Below the pieces are notes generated by a model. It had not been told where the DNA came from. It worked only from the letters and a program-made list of their open reading frames with translations, and did not search any database. From contig CM082591.2 in the NCBI GenBank assembly GCA_040954595.2, positions 8,284,280 through 8,348,279 of the forward strand: DNA of 64,000 nucleotides. The letters are read 5' to 3'. Position numbers and translations under genes: made by a program. Positions 1 through 12,262 of this stretch are shown in pieces; the stretch's first letter is position 1, and every line of letters starts with the position of its first letter. This DNA comes from Balanoglossus misakiensis. Taxonomy: Eukaryota; Animalia; Hemichordata.

Positions 1-242
1 CTGTTTATGTTATTCTACATGTGGATATATAGTGAATCAACGTTCGACCACACACACCTTTCATCTCGCTTGGAGACACGAGAGTGAAACACTCGCCAAA
101 ATGAATAATCGGTCTCTACCGTTTATTCATTTTGGCGAGATTTTTGCTCTCATATCCTACAAATGGGGTGGAAGTTACACATACGTCTTGTATCAAATAT
201 AATTAATGGAAAAAAGGGCAGCGAGAGAGATACTTTGTCCCT
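1..242. mobile_element. Kolobok-like non-autonomous element, family A (right part; left end outside window)
   Basis: Ends in CTTTGTCCCT followed by TTAA. Same internal sequence (gtgaatcaacgttcgaccacacaca...ctcgccaaaatgaata) as the copies at 4.2, 24.7, 26.4, 28.3, 29.9 and 37.7 kb. Confidence 0.75.
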
Positions 243-307
243 TTAACAGACTGACTTAAAATTTGGGCCAAAACGAAAATTCTGAACCCAGTAAATTGTG
301 AACTTAC

Positions 308-3300
308 CCACTTCCTTTGATAAATCTGACATGACTTCGAGGAATGTCAGTGGCATACTCATTATATTCTGTAAATTGTAAACATGTGTGTTCCTGCCAG
401 TGATCTATAGCTTGTCTAATCAGGGCACTTGTGCCAATGTCTAGAAAAAACAAACAATTATATATATTGATTAATAATAGGTGACAACATGCCATATGCA
501 AATGTCAGTAATAATTTAATTACTGTAAAACAGGAAATTTTTGTGAACGATAAATTTTCGCAAACTACGTGAGAGCCAAAAACACGCCACAATAATAAAG
601 TCGCGTAAAAATATTTTTGGGAGATAACGATGCAGTAAAATACAAGGACACAAAAATTAATAGTCCCGTAACAGTTGCCGGATTTGATATTGCAAAAAAA
701 TTCTTGTTTTACAGTATTATCTACCACCGGTAGTAGAGTGCGTAAAAAAGTCTATAATGCAGCAAATTTGATAAAGATCCTATACAACACAATGTTATAG
801 TACTGTTTCATGATTTTCTGAATTATCACCAGTGTGGTCTTAATTATAACATTCCACAAGTACAGCGCCAACACGTTACATTGTTATTGTATTGTTATTT
901 ACTAGGTGTGTGTGTTTGCTGTTTATTGACTCTTGTCTCGTCTCGATAATAAATGGTTGCACTTCATTGCACGTCAAGTTGGTCTGTGTTTATTGCCACA
1001 GTAACCATGACTATGCAACATGGACATTAAAATTTTTCTGCCATCTTTAACTTTATCTCAACTTTTGTCAAAAAAATTTGCACGACCACATCCTATTTTT
1101 CTTTAAAATGATTTGACATATTTCTAACAAATTATCTGTCAAGTTTCTAAAAAAAGTCTGGAAGTGGTGTAAAAATTATAGCAAAAAGGATTTTTAGACA
1201 ATTTCTGTGTTTAACAGTGGAAATGATGTGCGATTATCATGCTAAACAAGACAAATTAATCTCAAAATTGCTAAAAATAAAATTATTCATTTATACTTTT
1301 AGATTCTAGAAAAAATATGACTTATATAATATTTATGAAGCTGTTTTACAAAGATCTACGAAAACTGGCAAAACCTTAGAGATTTGATCGATAGAGGGCG
1401 CTTTCCCCCAAAATCTAGCTGGTAGAAATGGCTGGTTGACCTTTTTGATTTCAAGGTGCATTCTATGTAAATTAACAGCTAAGTTTCACCGTCATTGTAT
1501 CTTTGTATGTATGAGAACTATAAACAAAATTCAGGATTATATTAGTGCAAAAAAGTGTAACTTAGAAAATTAGACAATTCCACCAATATATGGCAATAGA
1601 CAGTCCAGACACGATGTGGACTAAACATTTGATGTGTAAATATTGCTGGTAGTGCCTAGTGGTACTAACCCAGTGAACTTTCGATAAGATAGGGAACTCG
1701 GCCATCTGGCCAAAGCAATGCTATGTCACTGACAGCTTTACGCTTCTGGCGATGTCCAGTTTCGTCGTCAACTCTTAACTTTGCCAACTGTATTTCCTTC
1801 TTCTGGTGTTCTGTCAAGATGATATCGGCCTCAAAGTACATTCCATTTTCATCGGCGGGTTCATTCGGAGTGATGTCATCACCCTGGCAACAGAATACAG
1901 ATGAATATCATATCAGCCAATGATTTCTTTGTGTGACCAGCCTTTTACACCATGCCGCGTGACTTCTTTGGCTATGCAAGGCAACTACTGAAGCTGACAA
2001 ATATAAGTGATGCAGGTATGAGATAGCCATATCGGCCAGGCAACCAGCCCATCGACGAGGCCCGAGTTAGCATCAGATTCAGAATAACGGTGGATTTCAC
2101 CACAGGCGCCGAAATCAATGTTGCGAAACTTTAAATAGAGTGATGGCAATAGTAAATAACCTGAGAATTCTTATTTACTGCTGTCATCACTTTGCTTTTG
2201 CAGCATTGATTCGACGCCTGTGGTGCATAAACTGAAGATGTCGTTTGAATTTGAACATGCATCTAAATCCTGATTGAGCGGTACAACCTTATTTTTTCCA
2301 ACTTGTTTCTTTCCCTGACTTAGTGTATTAGTACAAAAGTGTCCGGCGACTCGGTATTTTATAGCACTGTGATGTTTTTTTAGCCACTGTGTATTTCTGT
2401 GTAAGGGAGCATTCGTTTTTTACAGGGAGGGGGGGGGGGGGGCCGGTGGAATTTGAGTCGCCGACTAAATGTAAAAGGCAACCCCCCCTGGAAATTACTT
2501 TTCTAAAATGTGACCCCCCCCCCAAAAAAAAAAATATTGGTGTATGTTCGACATACCACATAATCAACCATGAAACCTAGTTCCTTGAATTCCAAGTAGT
2601 GCATTGTCTGCCTGATCTTGTTACGTGAAAGAGTTCATTTTCAATGTCGCCGCTATCACTTTCTGAGTCACTTTCCGCTGAATCACCTAGTTCACCTATC
2701 ACTACATGTTCATCTTCTGGTTCACTGTCCTCGTCCAAGTCATCCTCTTCATCCTCCTCTTTGTCCCTCTCTTTTTTTTCAGCATCTTTTTCTCTGTTGT
2801 CAATTTATGTCTGTTCATTTACATGTCTACTGAACATTGTTTTTATTTTTTAAGTATTTGTATTCTGTGTTGGGAGACATTGTAAACCGAGAATTGAAGG
2901 GGTGGGTTTGGGAGAGGGTGTCCCCCTCCTACGTAAGAAAATTTTATAAAATACAGAGCTCAAAGCTGCATTTTAATGGACCCAGCAAAAGCAAATTAAC
3001 GTCGCCGCTCAAAGTTATCATGGGGTGGGGGCAAGTCCCCTGACCTGGGACACTAGATAAACCAGTCAATGATTGAAAGGTGTTGACGAATGGAGGGGGT
3101 GGGTGTGGGAGGGGGTGTTTTTTTGTGTCCCCCTCCCACATTAGAAAATTTTGTAAATTAAAGGGTGCGAAACTGCATTTTTGTGGACTCAAAATAAATA
3201 TTTAGTCGTTAAAGTTTTCAAGTCCCCCCCTTTCAGTCCCTACATTATTTCAAATCCCCCCCTTACATACCCTCAATTTTTTCAAATCCCCCCCCTCAAT

Positions 3301-5341
3301 TCTCCTGCCCCCCCCCCCTCCAGAGGTGTTTGTGAATGCAGAAAATTTTGTAAAATAAAGGACGCGAAACTGCATTTTTGTGGACTCAAAATAAATATTT
3401 AGCCGTCAAAGTTTTCAAATCCCCCCTTTCAGTCCCTATATAATAATCCCTTGATTATAAAATTTGTCCCCCCCTAAAAACTGCTTTGTAAAAGTAAACC
3501 CCCCCCCCTGATTTCCACCGGGCCCCCCCCCCCCCTCCCTGTAAAAAACGAATGCTCCCTAATGTTTGTGCATGTCATGTGTGTGTACTGGATGCCGAGA
3601 GGTGGGGGAATTGGATCTAATAATATATTAATGTTTTCGCAAGCCCCCCCCCCAACATCCACCAACATTGTTGAGCTCCTATCCCATAAAAAAACAAATA
3701 TCGGGAATTTTAATGTGGCCCCATACAAAAACAGGTGCTGAAACAGGTACTGATCGTTCCTAGAGGCTTCTGATGAGTGATACAGTGGGCGTCAATCAAT
3801 CAATCAATCAATCAATCAGTCAGTCAGTCTGTCTGTCTGTCTGTCTGTCAGCCAGTCAGCCTGTCTGTCTGTCTACCCATCCACGTGCACTCACAAAAAA
3901 GTAACCAAAACATTTAGCCTACTACAGTATCATAAACGTTGCCTTCGTTCATCACAGCGCCCCGCCCCCGTAGAAGATTTGTTTCATTGGCCCCAAAGTT
4001 CTGAACACCGCCCCTAGCGTTAATTGTTCTGGTTCCCTAATTGTTTGGCGTTCATAATGGTAACTGCGTGATGAAAACCTTTAGTGACCCTCCCCTAAAT
4101 GCCCGCATGCATGAAATAGGATTACCCCTGGCCCCCTTGCGCAAGATGAAAGTTTATACACTTTTTAAGTATTTAAAAAAAATATAAAACCGTCCCTTTA
4201 AAAGGACAAAGTTTCTCTCTCACTGCCCTTTTTTCATTAATTATGTTTGATACAAGACCCTGTTTATATTATTCTACATGTGGATATAAAGTGAATCAAC
4301 GTTCGACCACACACAACTTCCATCCCACTTGTAGACACGAAAGTGAAAAACTCGCCAAAATGAATAATCAGTGTTTAACGTTTATTCATATTGGCGAGAT
4401 TTTTACTCTCATATCCTACAAATGGGATGGAAGATGTGTGTGGCCGAACATTGATTCACTATATATCCACATGTAGAATTACATAAAGACGCAAACAAAA
4501 TACAAGTTTGTCGCCATGGACCTCGACGGTTCCAACTCAAGTAAAATATCTGTCGCAAAAGATACATTATTTAGTCCCTTTGTAGCGTACATTCAAAGAA
4601 AAAAATTGAACAAGGCCGAAAGACTGAAGTTCAAATTCAATAGTAACGAGTTATTGAAAGCCAACAAAGGGTGCAAACTACTACAAGTACATTCCATTGT
4701 GATCCTGGAATGGCGAACTGGTCAGCAATTGTCACATTATGAAATAAAACAATTGAATTTACATCTATAGGAGGCCAAAGAAACAACCGTAAACGTTAAC
4801 ATCAAAATATCTGATACAACAACTAACTAGAGGGACGTGACATGAAAGTCTCGCTGTTCTCTCTATGATGAATATCACACAGTCAGTGTGCAGTACCTAA
4901 GCTCATAAAATAAACGAAAGCAATCTGAATCTTTTCTGGTTCTCAAGAAAAGTACATAAATTAAACTCTCTGAATCAGACCCTGCAACACAAACCCACGG
5001 TGTTCAGCATAAAATTAAATATACCCCATGTGTAGCTTGTAGTCAACATAAAATATTGAAAAGAAAATGTCGCACGAGAACTGCAGAATAAATTGCATCT
5101 ATCTCCTGGCTACTTTAGCAGACAAAAACCTGACAAAATCGTGTACTTGTTTCATCGAGGAAAAGTCTCACGTCTCTATCTTGTCGATATCTCACAAAAT
5201 CCCGGACCAAATCCAAGAAAAATACGAACAGCCTGAAATATAACACAAAACAAGAGAAACTATACTCACCTCTAAAACAGGGTGATGTAGAGACAGTCTT
5301 GGTATGTCAGTAAACAACCATAAAAACAACAAAAACTTCAT
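308..5341 (-). CDS. Astacin-family (M12A) secreted zinc metalloprotease, 5' part (signal peptide, pro-domain, start of catalytic domain); gene continues beyond left edge
   Basis: Exons 5341-5270 (MKFLLFLWLFTDIPRLSLHHPVLE, donor GTGAGT), 1883-1670 (GDDITPNEPADENGMYFEADIILT...RQKR/KAVSDIALLWPDGRVPYLIESSL, donor GTTAGT) and 440-308 (DIGTSALIRQAIDHWQEHTCLQF...VRFIKGSG, donor GTAAGT) join in compatible phases (0,1,2). The FExDI pro-peptide motif, RQKR furin site, WPxGxVPY and I..A+.HW...TC+.F motifs are astacin hallmarks. The HExxH motif is not in the window. Confidence 0.9.
521..717. mobile_element. TA-flanked MITE with TACTGTAAAA...TTTTACAGTA termini (family B)
   Basis: Terminal inverted repeats. 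Related copies at ~28805-29007, 32886-33065, 33533-33691, 36397-36610 and 43806-44008. Confidence 0.7.
2068..2270. repeat. Palindromic (foldback) MITE-like element in astacin intron 1
   Basis: Inverted arms caccacaggcg..aatcaatg / cattgatt..cgcctgtggtg and gtgatggcaatagtaaataa / ttatttactgctgtcatcac. Confidence 0.55.
2405..3559. mobile_element. PIF/Harbinger-like non-autonomous transposon with poly-G/C-rich TIRs, carrying an internal coding fragment
   Basis: TIR GGGAGCATTCGTTTTTTACAGGGAGGGGG... at 2405, with its reverse complement ending at 3559; flanked by TAA/TAA. Internal sequence is shared with 44817-45592 and 53117-53465. Confidence 0.8.
3745..3905 (+). repeat. Compound microsatellite (TCAA)n(TCAG)n(TCTG)n, probably the 5' part of a DINE-1/Helentron-associated element
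   Basis: Tetranucleotide runs at 3792-3873. A GTCT/GTCC microsatellite near an element end is typical of HINEs (inference). Confidence 0.5.
4199..4485. mobile_element. Kolobok-like family A element (right-truncated)
   Basis: Begins ttaaaaggacaaagt and matches the other family A copies. Confidence 0.7.
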
Positions 5342-5394
5342 CGCTACAGACGTCAAGTTCGTTCAAGTTCAATACTGACACTAAACGCCAAACA

Positions 5395-5432
5395 AGAACT
5401 GTGAAAAACCTTCTAAAGGGGGCTTATATATG
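5395..5432 (-). promoter_or_regulatory. Core promoter of astacin gene (TATA box + initiator-like element)
   Basis: Minus-strand TATATAAG at 5430-5423 lies ~30 nt upstream of a TCACAGTT initiator-like sequence (~5400), which is ~60 nt upstream of the ATG at 5341. Confidence 0.55.
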
Positions 5433-6399
5433 CACGCTTTGGTATGGATGGTTTCCATGGTTACTTTAGATAAACCATGATAGGCGGAGTGCGTGCTGTC
5501 ATTTCACGCGCTCCTTTATTAGCTAACGTAATTAATCACTATAGCAGACCATTTCTCGGGACCAAAGTCATTATCACAGAATATGCATTGTCTTTTGAAT
5601 GTACTGGTATATTCAAGAAGTTCGTTAAATTAGCATACGTATTGAATCTACCTGTTGTAGCGTGACGTCCAATATCAATCCAATGTTAGGCAGGGTTGCC
5701 TTCGCGTCATTGCCATTGTCAAGGTCGGGTACTTTAATTACAGTGGTAAACTTCACAGTGTTTGTTATGTCTCAGTACGTCCGGAGTTAGTCCGTTAAAG
5801 GTCAATGACTTTCAAACATTCCTGTTTTTTTTGTCTTTGCGTCAGTTTTTTTTTCAAAATAGATGAGACTGGAGGACATTGACTCAAACATGGCAGATGT
5901 GAAGCTGTCGTCAGATCCTGTCCAGAGTACGACGTGACAAATGCGCGAAATTTATTAGTGGACGCGTCTTTTTGAACCTTTCTTGTGAAAACGCTGCAAG
6001 AAATTTGACAAGCCATGGCGATCGCTGTCTGTGATTTTTCCTCCGATCGCGAATAGACAAGGTGTCGAAGAATACTGCCTCGTTCGAATTTGAAAAAGAA
6101 ATATGCAACACTGCAAAAAGGGACTTTTTTGATACTCTGTTCCTGGTGAATTTCTTAATTTACTTATTTCAAATTATAAAACAGAGCTGGATACTTAACG
6201 GTGACTATTTCATTACCTATAGAATTTTAAATTGTTGTATTTGGACGCGCGCCCGTCAATCTCACTTTAGCAGAATCTAAAACGAAGGACGGGGTAGGAA
6301 AGTGTTATGTCCATGAAATATAGAGAAATACAGTAATGTCTCAACAAAATAAAGCCGATGACGTTGATCACTTTAGAAAATAAGACAAAAACCCACAAA

Positions 6400-6567
6400 T
6401 ACAGTCAAACCCCTGTTAGTAGCCACCTCTATATGTAGTGGCCACTTTGTTACAGTCCCTGTGCAATTCCCATGTACATTAATTGACCTGTCTATAAAGG
6501 CCATCTGTCTATAAAGGCCAGTTTAGGAAAATCTCTTGACTGGCCACTATAGACAGCTACGACTGTA
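6400..6567. mobile_element. Tc1/mariner-type MITE (TA target, CAGT...ACTG termini; family C)
   Basis: TACAGTCAAACC...GACTGTA. Related copies at ~7787-7936, 21300-21373, 23249-23667, 31596-31769, 33079-33170 and 40440-40488 share gtggccactttgttacagtccctgtgca and/or aaacctgtc...gacaggttt motifs. Confidence 0.7.
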
Positions 6568-8148
6568 ACTAAAAAAACGAAGGACACAGAAATCTCCACG
6601 AAATAAACCACTGTCCTTCGTTTAGTACCCCCACCATTTTAATATTCTCTTGGGAAGATGTTCTTTAAATAAAGTACTTTGCTTTCTGTTCTCTTATATG
6701 GATTTCTCAATATGATCAGTGTAATGTTATTCAATCTGACGTTGGATAGGGCTGATGTTGGTTAGGGGCTGGCTTGTGTAAGGGCTATGGGCATGCCGGG
6801 CATTCAACGTCAGATTGACGTCATCACAGTAAGAACGACAATGGAAGGGAAGCTATATTTTATGTATGTCATAAAATTGTCCTTCAATATATAACAGAAA
6901 ACAGCAATTCAGTCCTGTAGTTTGGTTAAATGGAAGCGTTCTTCCCCGGAATGTCAGATAGGGTAGTGAGTCGTTAGCGTATCTATGTAACAGAATCTTT
7001 TATGCTAAAGAATTTCTAATTGCTTTCCCAAGAATACTGGTCAACTTGTTTTTTGTTTTATTTAAATAATAGGTGGACACCGTTTTTTGGTGTTTTATTG
7101 GTAGGTTGGGCGTATTTAAACGTGCATCTTATGCAAATTGACCGACTCCTGCAGGGTGAAAAAAACAACTTACAGTCCCCAAGTGGAATCGCTATTAATT
7201 TTTTTCAGCACACAACTCTTTGATTTGAACACATGCCCCAGATGATTCAGTATTAACTTTCAAAAAAATTCCCTAAAATTACCCTAAATTTGATCCAACG
7301 CAGTCAACGTAATCGGTATTTGACCCCCAGGTTACTCCCACCAATTTCATACAGGATTCCCTACTCCCATATTTTTTAAAGATTTTCGTGATAAAGTATC
7401 CCATCCGGGCGTCACATACACACGGCGTACACCTTTCTATGGAAATTCCCGGGTTTGAAACACTCATGCAATGAGATACAGTTATACTGCCTTGAATTTA
7501 TGATATTGTCGCTGAATCGGGTTCAGAATTTCTTGAAACTTTTATGGTTTAGTGGTAAGCAGCTGTATCGTGGGGTAGGGTAATCAGCTCCCCCAACGGT
7601 ACAGCTGCGTACCACAGCTAGTTAAGATCTCAAGCAAACCCGCCAACATCAAAGTACCAGCGACGGTGTGATTATTTGCGAGTTAAGTTATTGCGAGTGT
7701 CGCCACAGGGATTGGAAAATTGCCAATAATATTCAGAACGGCGTTTTTGATGAATAAAATGGCTACCGAAAAGCAAAATACGTACTACAGTAAAACCTGC
7801 CTATTACAGTCAAGGGACTTTCCTAAACTGGCCTTTATAGACAGATGGCCTTTATAAACAGGTCAGTTAATGCACATGAAAACTGCACAGGGACTGTTAC
7901 AAAGTGGCCACTATATAGATGTGGCCACTAACTGTAGTACCTTGCTCGACGGACGGGGGGGGGGGGCGCTGGGTGCGGTCCAAGTTCAAAACAACAACCC
8001 ATTATTGTATGCTCAAAAAGTTGACCCATTGTTAGGTATTTCTAGTCAATATTACGCGAATGACAGCGTGGTGTAAATTACACCGTATATTATTTCAGGT
8101 TCTCAAAAATCTGGGCTATGACGAAATGATGATCACTATGGCCACTTT

Positions 8149-8252
8149 GACGTTTGAGGGGCACTCCGTACCTCCACTCTGCCTCCTTCCGGGGCCTGGG
8201 CTCCACCTATCCATCCACCCAGGCGGAGGTACGGAGCGCCCTCAAACGACTG
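8149..8252. repeat. GC-rich foldback MITE
   Basis: Inverted arms cgtttgagggg cactccgtacctcc / ggaggtacggagcgccctcaaacg. Confidence 0.55.
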
Positions 8253-9559
8253 TACCTTACAGTCTAACGTGGAAAGAGTCTCGCAGGATTTATTAAATGC
8301 TATTTCATGATAATATATCAAGCTCAACACTTATTTATGACAAAATGGCCAAAAATTCAAGAAAAACGAAAATTCCTGAAATTTTTAAAAAAGTGCAATA
8401 TTGCAATGGAAAATGAAAATCTGATGTCTCAGTGGTGTACATTTACTTCCATTAGCTCAAGTGGATGAGATCATGTTTTGTTTATGAAGTTTCACAACCG
8501 GAAATGCGACATTTTCATTGTTTCTTTCATTTTCCCATGGTGGCGGCCATAATCGCTTGCGGCAAAGCTTTATTATTTATCTGGTTAAAACTTGCATATG
8601 CACTCATATTTAGGGTTTATAATGCTTGTGTATAGTTCACTGCCTTCATCTGCATGGACTAATGGTAGTGCAGTGTGAAAAAAAAATTATGAAAATTATC
8701 CCAAAAGTTACAGCTTACGTGCCTTTAAATGACAAAACCTTTGAACTCTAGCTTATAACTAAGAAGTATTTTCAGATAAAATAGTACAAGTTGTGAATTT
8801 TCAAATAGAACGAGATATCACAGAGATATCAGGCGTCAAGTTCATGTGTAAGAATGGTTAAGATGACGCATTCCTTTATGAGTTAATAAGGTTTGGTGAA
8901 ATTTAATTCATATCATTCCTTCTTGAGGTAGCGAAATCCATGATGGGAGCTAATGATCATGGAGAGCTGTACATGTACTTGTAAATTTTACGCGCAGTTG
9001 TACCAGAGCTTTGTGTTACTCGGAAAACCTGTTGTAAGTCTCTGTCTACGAAAGGATTGCGTTCTGTCAGGTACCTCTTTCAGTCTGTGAATATGTTGGG
9101 TGGGGGTGGAGAGATTTTACACTCTCGGCCTTCGGACGAGGCTGATTCCCTACTAAAAGACCGACGAATGAAACGTCCGAAGGGTGAGATGGTGACAAAC
9201 ATTTTCCGATTAGGAACAATTGCAGAAAGGAATATTCCCTTCGTGATTCAATGAACTCCGAGGGAAGTTTTCATACCGAGAGAACTTTATTATTGTTGAA
9301 CATTTATTGACTTTAGAACTTTTATGTAATGATAGAAATATTTGAATATTGAGTGTAAGGCTGAGCTGGATTATAAGAAAGACCCGATCCGGATTTATTC
9401 ATGGCCACCGGCCAAACAGTACAAAGAATCCAAGTATTACAGGTATTTGTCGCTGGTACAGTAGAAAAATAAACGCACTGTCAAAATTCTGGAGATAGAA
9501 CAACATATATAGACATAATAAACTATGCATGTACATTATTCGAATTTTCACGTTTTGTC

Positions 9560-10450
9560 TACGTTAACGTTTTGTCGCGTAAAATAAGTATCTGCTGAGG
9601 ATGCGAACAGTTTTTTCTTTCTCTGAGGAAAGAATGTAATTGTTTATGGGGAACAGGGGGTTGTGATAATAATATGGGATAAAGGAATTCGTCTTCGACA
9701 CATTTCAAAGTACACAGGACACGCAGCCTTACATGCCGTGGACTATTATTATTCCAGCGTCCGGACTCAGTCTTCGCTTGCTCAAACGAAAAAAGTGAAA
9801 CCAGTTTTGAACCCGGGGCATACTTGCCCACCAGAAACAGACTTGGAATTAGCGATAGAATTATTACTCTTTGAACAGTGAGCAGAGATTCTATATTTGC
9901 ACAGGACTAATCTGAATATAGGTTTCTCAATCTGTGACAAATATGGTTCTACACGGAGTTCTTTTTTCAAAGTTGAATTGGTTTCCAACCTTCTAGGGTG
10001 ACTCATATTTTCCATCCACACATCTTTGTTTAACAATCGTTAAAAACATAGTTTGATTTCCGACACCTTGATTTCCCATACTTCACCAAAACCATAATTT
10101 TGTAGCAAAAACGTGCACTTTTCGCCCAAAACTTATAACGTGTAACTTCAATCATATTATACAAAGCTGGATTTCATAGCATTTTCTTACAATTCTATTC
10201 TTATCCATGTTCAAAACACGTAGCCAATATTTGATGATTATACCATAGATGTAAATCCTTTCTGGCCAATTTACGCTTCTCGTGGTTGTTATTGAGGTAA
10301 TGTTATGCAGCTTTAAAGCAGAACGCATCATTTTGTTGTCAAGTTTTTTTCAATGTCTTGAGCTGGATGGAAGTTCCCCCAGATTTCTGAACCATAATAT
10401 GCCAAAGTGCCGACTGGCCAAAAGCGAAAATTGTGAGACAATTTATGAGC
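9560..10450 (-). mobile_element. Degenerate non-LTR retrotransposon (LINE; CR1/L2/Crack-like) 3' ORF2 remnant
   Basis: Minus-strand peptides YYGSEIWG (~10400), ELRVEPYL...RLVLCKYRISAH (~9950-9880) and TESGRW....R....C..KCVEDE (~9770-9690) match the C-terminal region of LINE ORF2; multiple stops and frameshifts. Confidence 0.75.
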
Positions 10451-11071
10451 TCAGGGTATAACGTATGTGTGTTAGTTACGTGTGCATGTGTGTGGGCGTG
10501 TGTGTGTGTGCGCGCGTGGTGTATATATCGCTGTGAAAATTCTTCTGTGCTGTAAAGCTACTAGAAATGTATTTCACAAGCACACTACCTGTCGACAAAT
10601 CGTCGTCAATCGCGGCCAATCCGTGCCCTAGTTCTGGTCAGAAAAATAGCCATCGGCACAGGGTCATGTGTCAAGACACACACAAAATATCATCGGGTCA
10701 TTTGTTCTGTTCATGCATCACATGTAGTCATGTGTTGAGTGACTGTGTTCTGTCATAGCCCAAAGTTAGTTTTGGAGCTCGAAATTCTTTTCACCAGCTG
10801 CAGACAATCGCCATGTTTCCACCTTCAAAAACCTCACCAGCAATCAAAAGTTTCTCTTGTCGGTTTGCCCCTGGAATTCTAGCCTTTTATGCATGCTTTT
10901 TGGAAAGATTTGCTTATTAAAACACACATGTACTAAACAAATGGAGAATAAACCGACTCACAGTGGAATGAACCACGGCGTGGAATTTCTATGGTCGTGA
11001 ATGAACATTATACTTACTCTACCGATTTTGCTGAGGAATTGCCCAGTGAAGTTATCAGTCCTTACTTTACT

Positions 11072-11217
11072 TTATCTGAAATAATTGTAGCCTTGGTGGG
11101 CTGGTTGGGTGGCTTTTTTGCTGGATCCATGCTGCTTGCGCGATATTGGTTGGGCCTAGCGCGAGCCGCACCGTCCACCCACCAAACTAGCCCACCAAGG
11201 CCAAAATTTTGCAGCTA
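11072..11217. mobile_element. TAGCTGCA-terminus foldback MITE (family D, 9-bp TSD family), diverged
   Basis: Termini (t)atctgaaataattgtagcc / ggccaaaattttgcagcta; flanks tactttact/tcatttact are an imperfect duplication. Confidence 0.55.
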
Positions 11218-11226
11218 TCATTTACT

Positions 11227-11381
11227 CAATCTGATTAAAATCAGATGTAGGGTAGGGTGACGTCTTTTACTTATGCGGCACGGTATCCTTATGCTGTCGC
11301 CTCACACTACAGCATCAGTGAGAATACTGCCGCGTAAGTAAATGACGTCGCCGTACTCTACATCTGATTTTAATCAGATTG
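11227..11381. mobile_element. Foldback MITE with CAATCTGATTAAAATCAGATGTAG termini
   Basis: Perfect 24-bp TIR plus near-complete internal palindrome; flanked by atttact/ctttact (7-bp near-duplication; CA..TG ends are P-element-like). Confidence 0.7.
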
Positions 11382-12262
11382 CTTTACTAATTAGCTGCAG
11401 TTCAACAGCTCGACCTACTGAACTGCAGCTATCCTGTACTGTGTCTTTTGAACCCTTTCAGCGAACATTTCGCGAAAAATATGGGCCTGGTTGTTAAAAT
11501 AAATTTGTCACATTCTTGTTCTCCCAGTTAAGCTGTAAAGCTAGTAATTTGCTTAAATGGACAAACCATGGATAGAGAGAAAACATCTTCAGTTTGTGTA
11601 TGGGCGTACATACGAGGAGCGATATGGACTGTTGACAGTAATGGCTTCCGGAAATGTGATTTGCTACTACTTACACGCTGATCATACCTTAGCCATGACA
11701 TACAGACAACCATTATGCAAATATTGATCTCCATGGAAACATGCAAAGTATCGCATTATGTAAATTTTATGACATGATCAGGGTGTTAGTGTCAATTGTG
11801 CTTGTTTTCTTTTTAATTATTTCGCTGTAGTTATCATGTAAGAGAGTGAATCCTTGGTTGATATATAAAAAACATAACGGCATATGTAACAGCTCGTCGC
11901 CATAACAACATCAACAGATATAATAGTCTACAGTTTAAAGCTCGTCTATAGCGGTATGGTACAGTTCTTTCGTTTGTCATTGCCTCCTGTTTTCGTTTTG
12001 TGCGAGAGTCCCTTTGTCTGTTCAATTGAAACCCCGCATGTGAATTCAACAAAGAACAAACAATCTCTGTCCCTCGGACCTGTGTTGCTTGGGAGTGGCA
12101 AATATGCTTTCAGGCCGGCAGTATACCCACGCACCCTGATTTCAATCGACAGGCGTGACCTCATTTATATATCGGCTTCTATTTACAAACAGACCACTGT
12201 TGCCCGTGGTTTCACCCGAGCAGCGCCACTATAACTCTTTCATTTCACTCTACGCCTTGAAG

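Noticed and set aside
3768-3792. CTGATGAG hammerhead-like core
   Set aside because: Not followed by a hairpin and GAAA; it runs into a microsatellite.
12155-12262. N-terminal extension of the 401-aa ORF in the supplied track
   Set aside because: It starts at a GTG and overlaps the TATA-like box; the first ATG, in good context (aagATGa), is at 12263.
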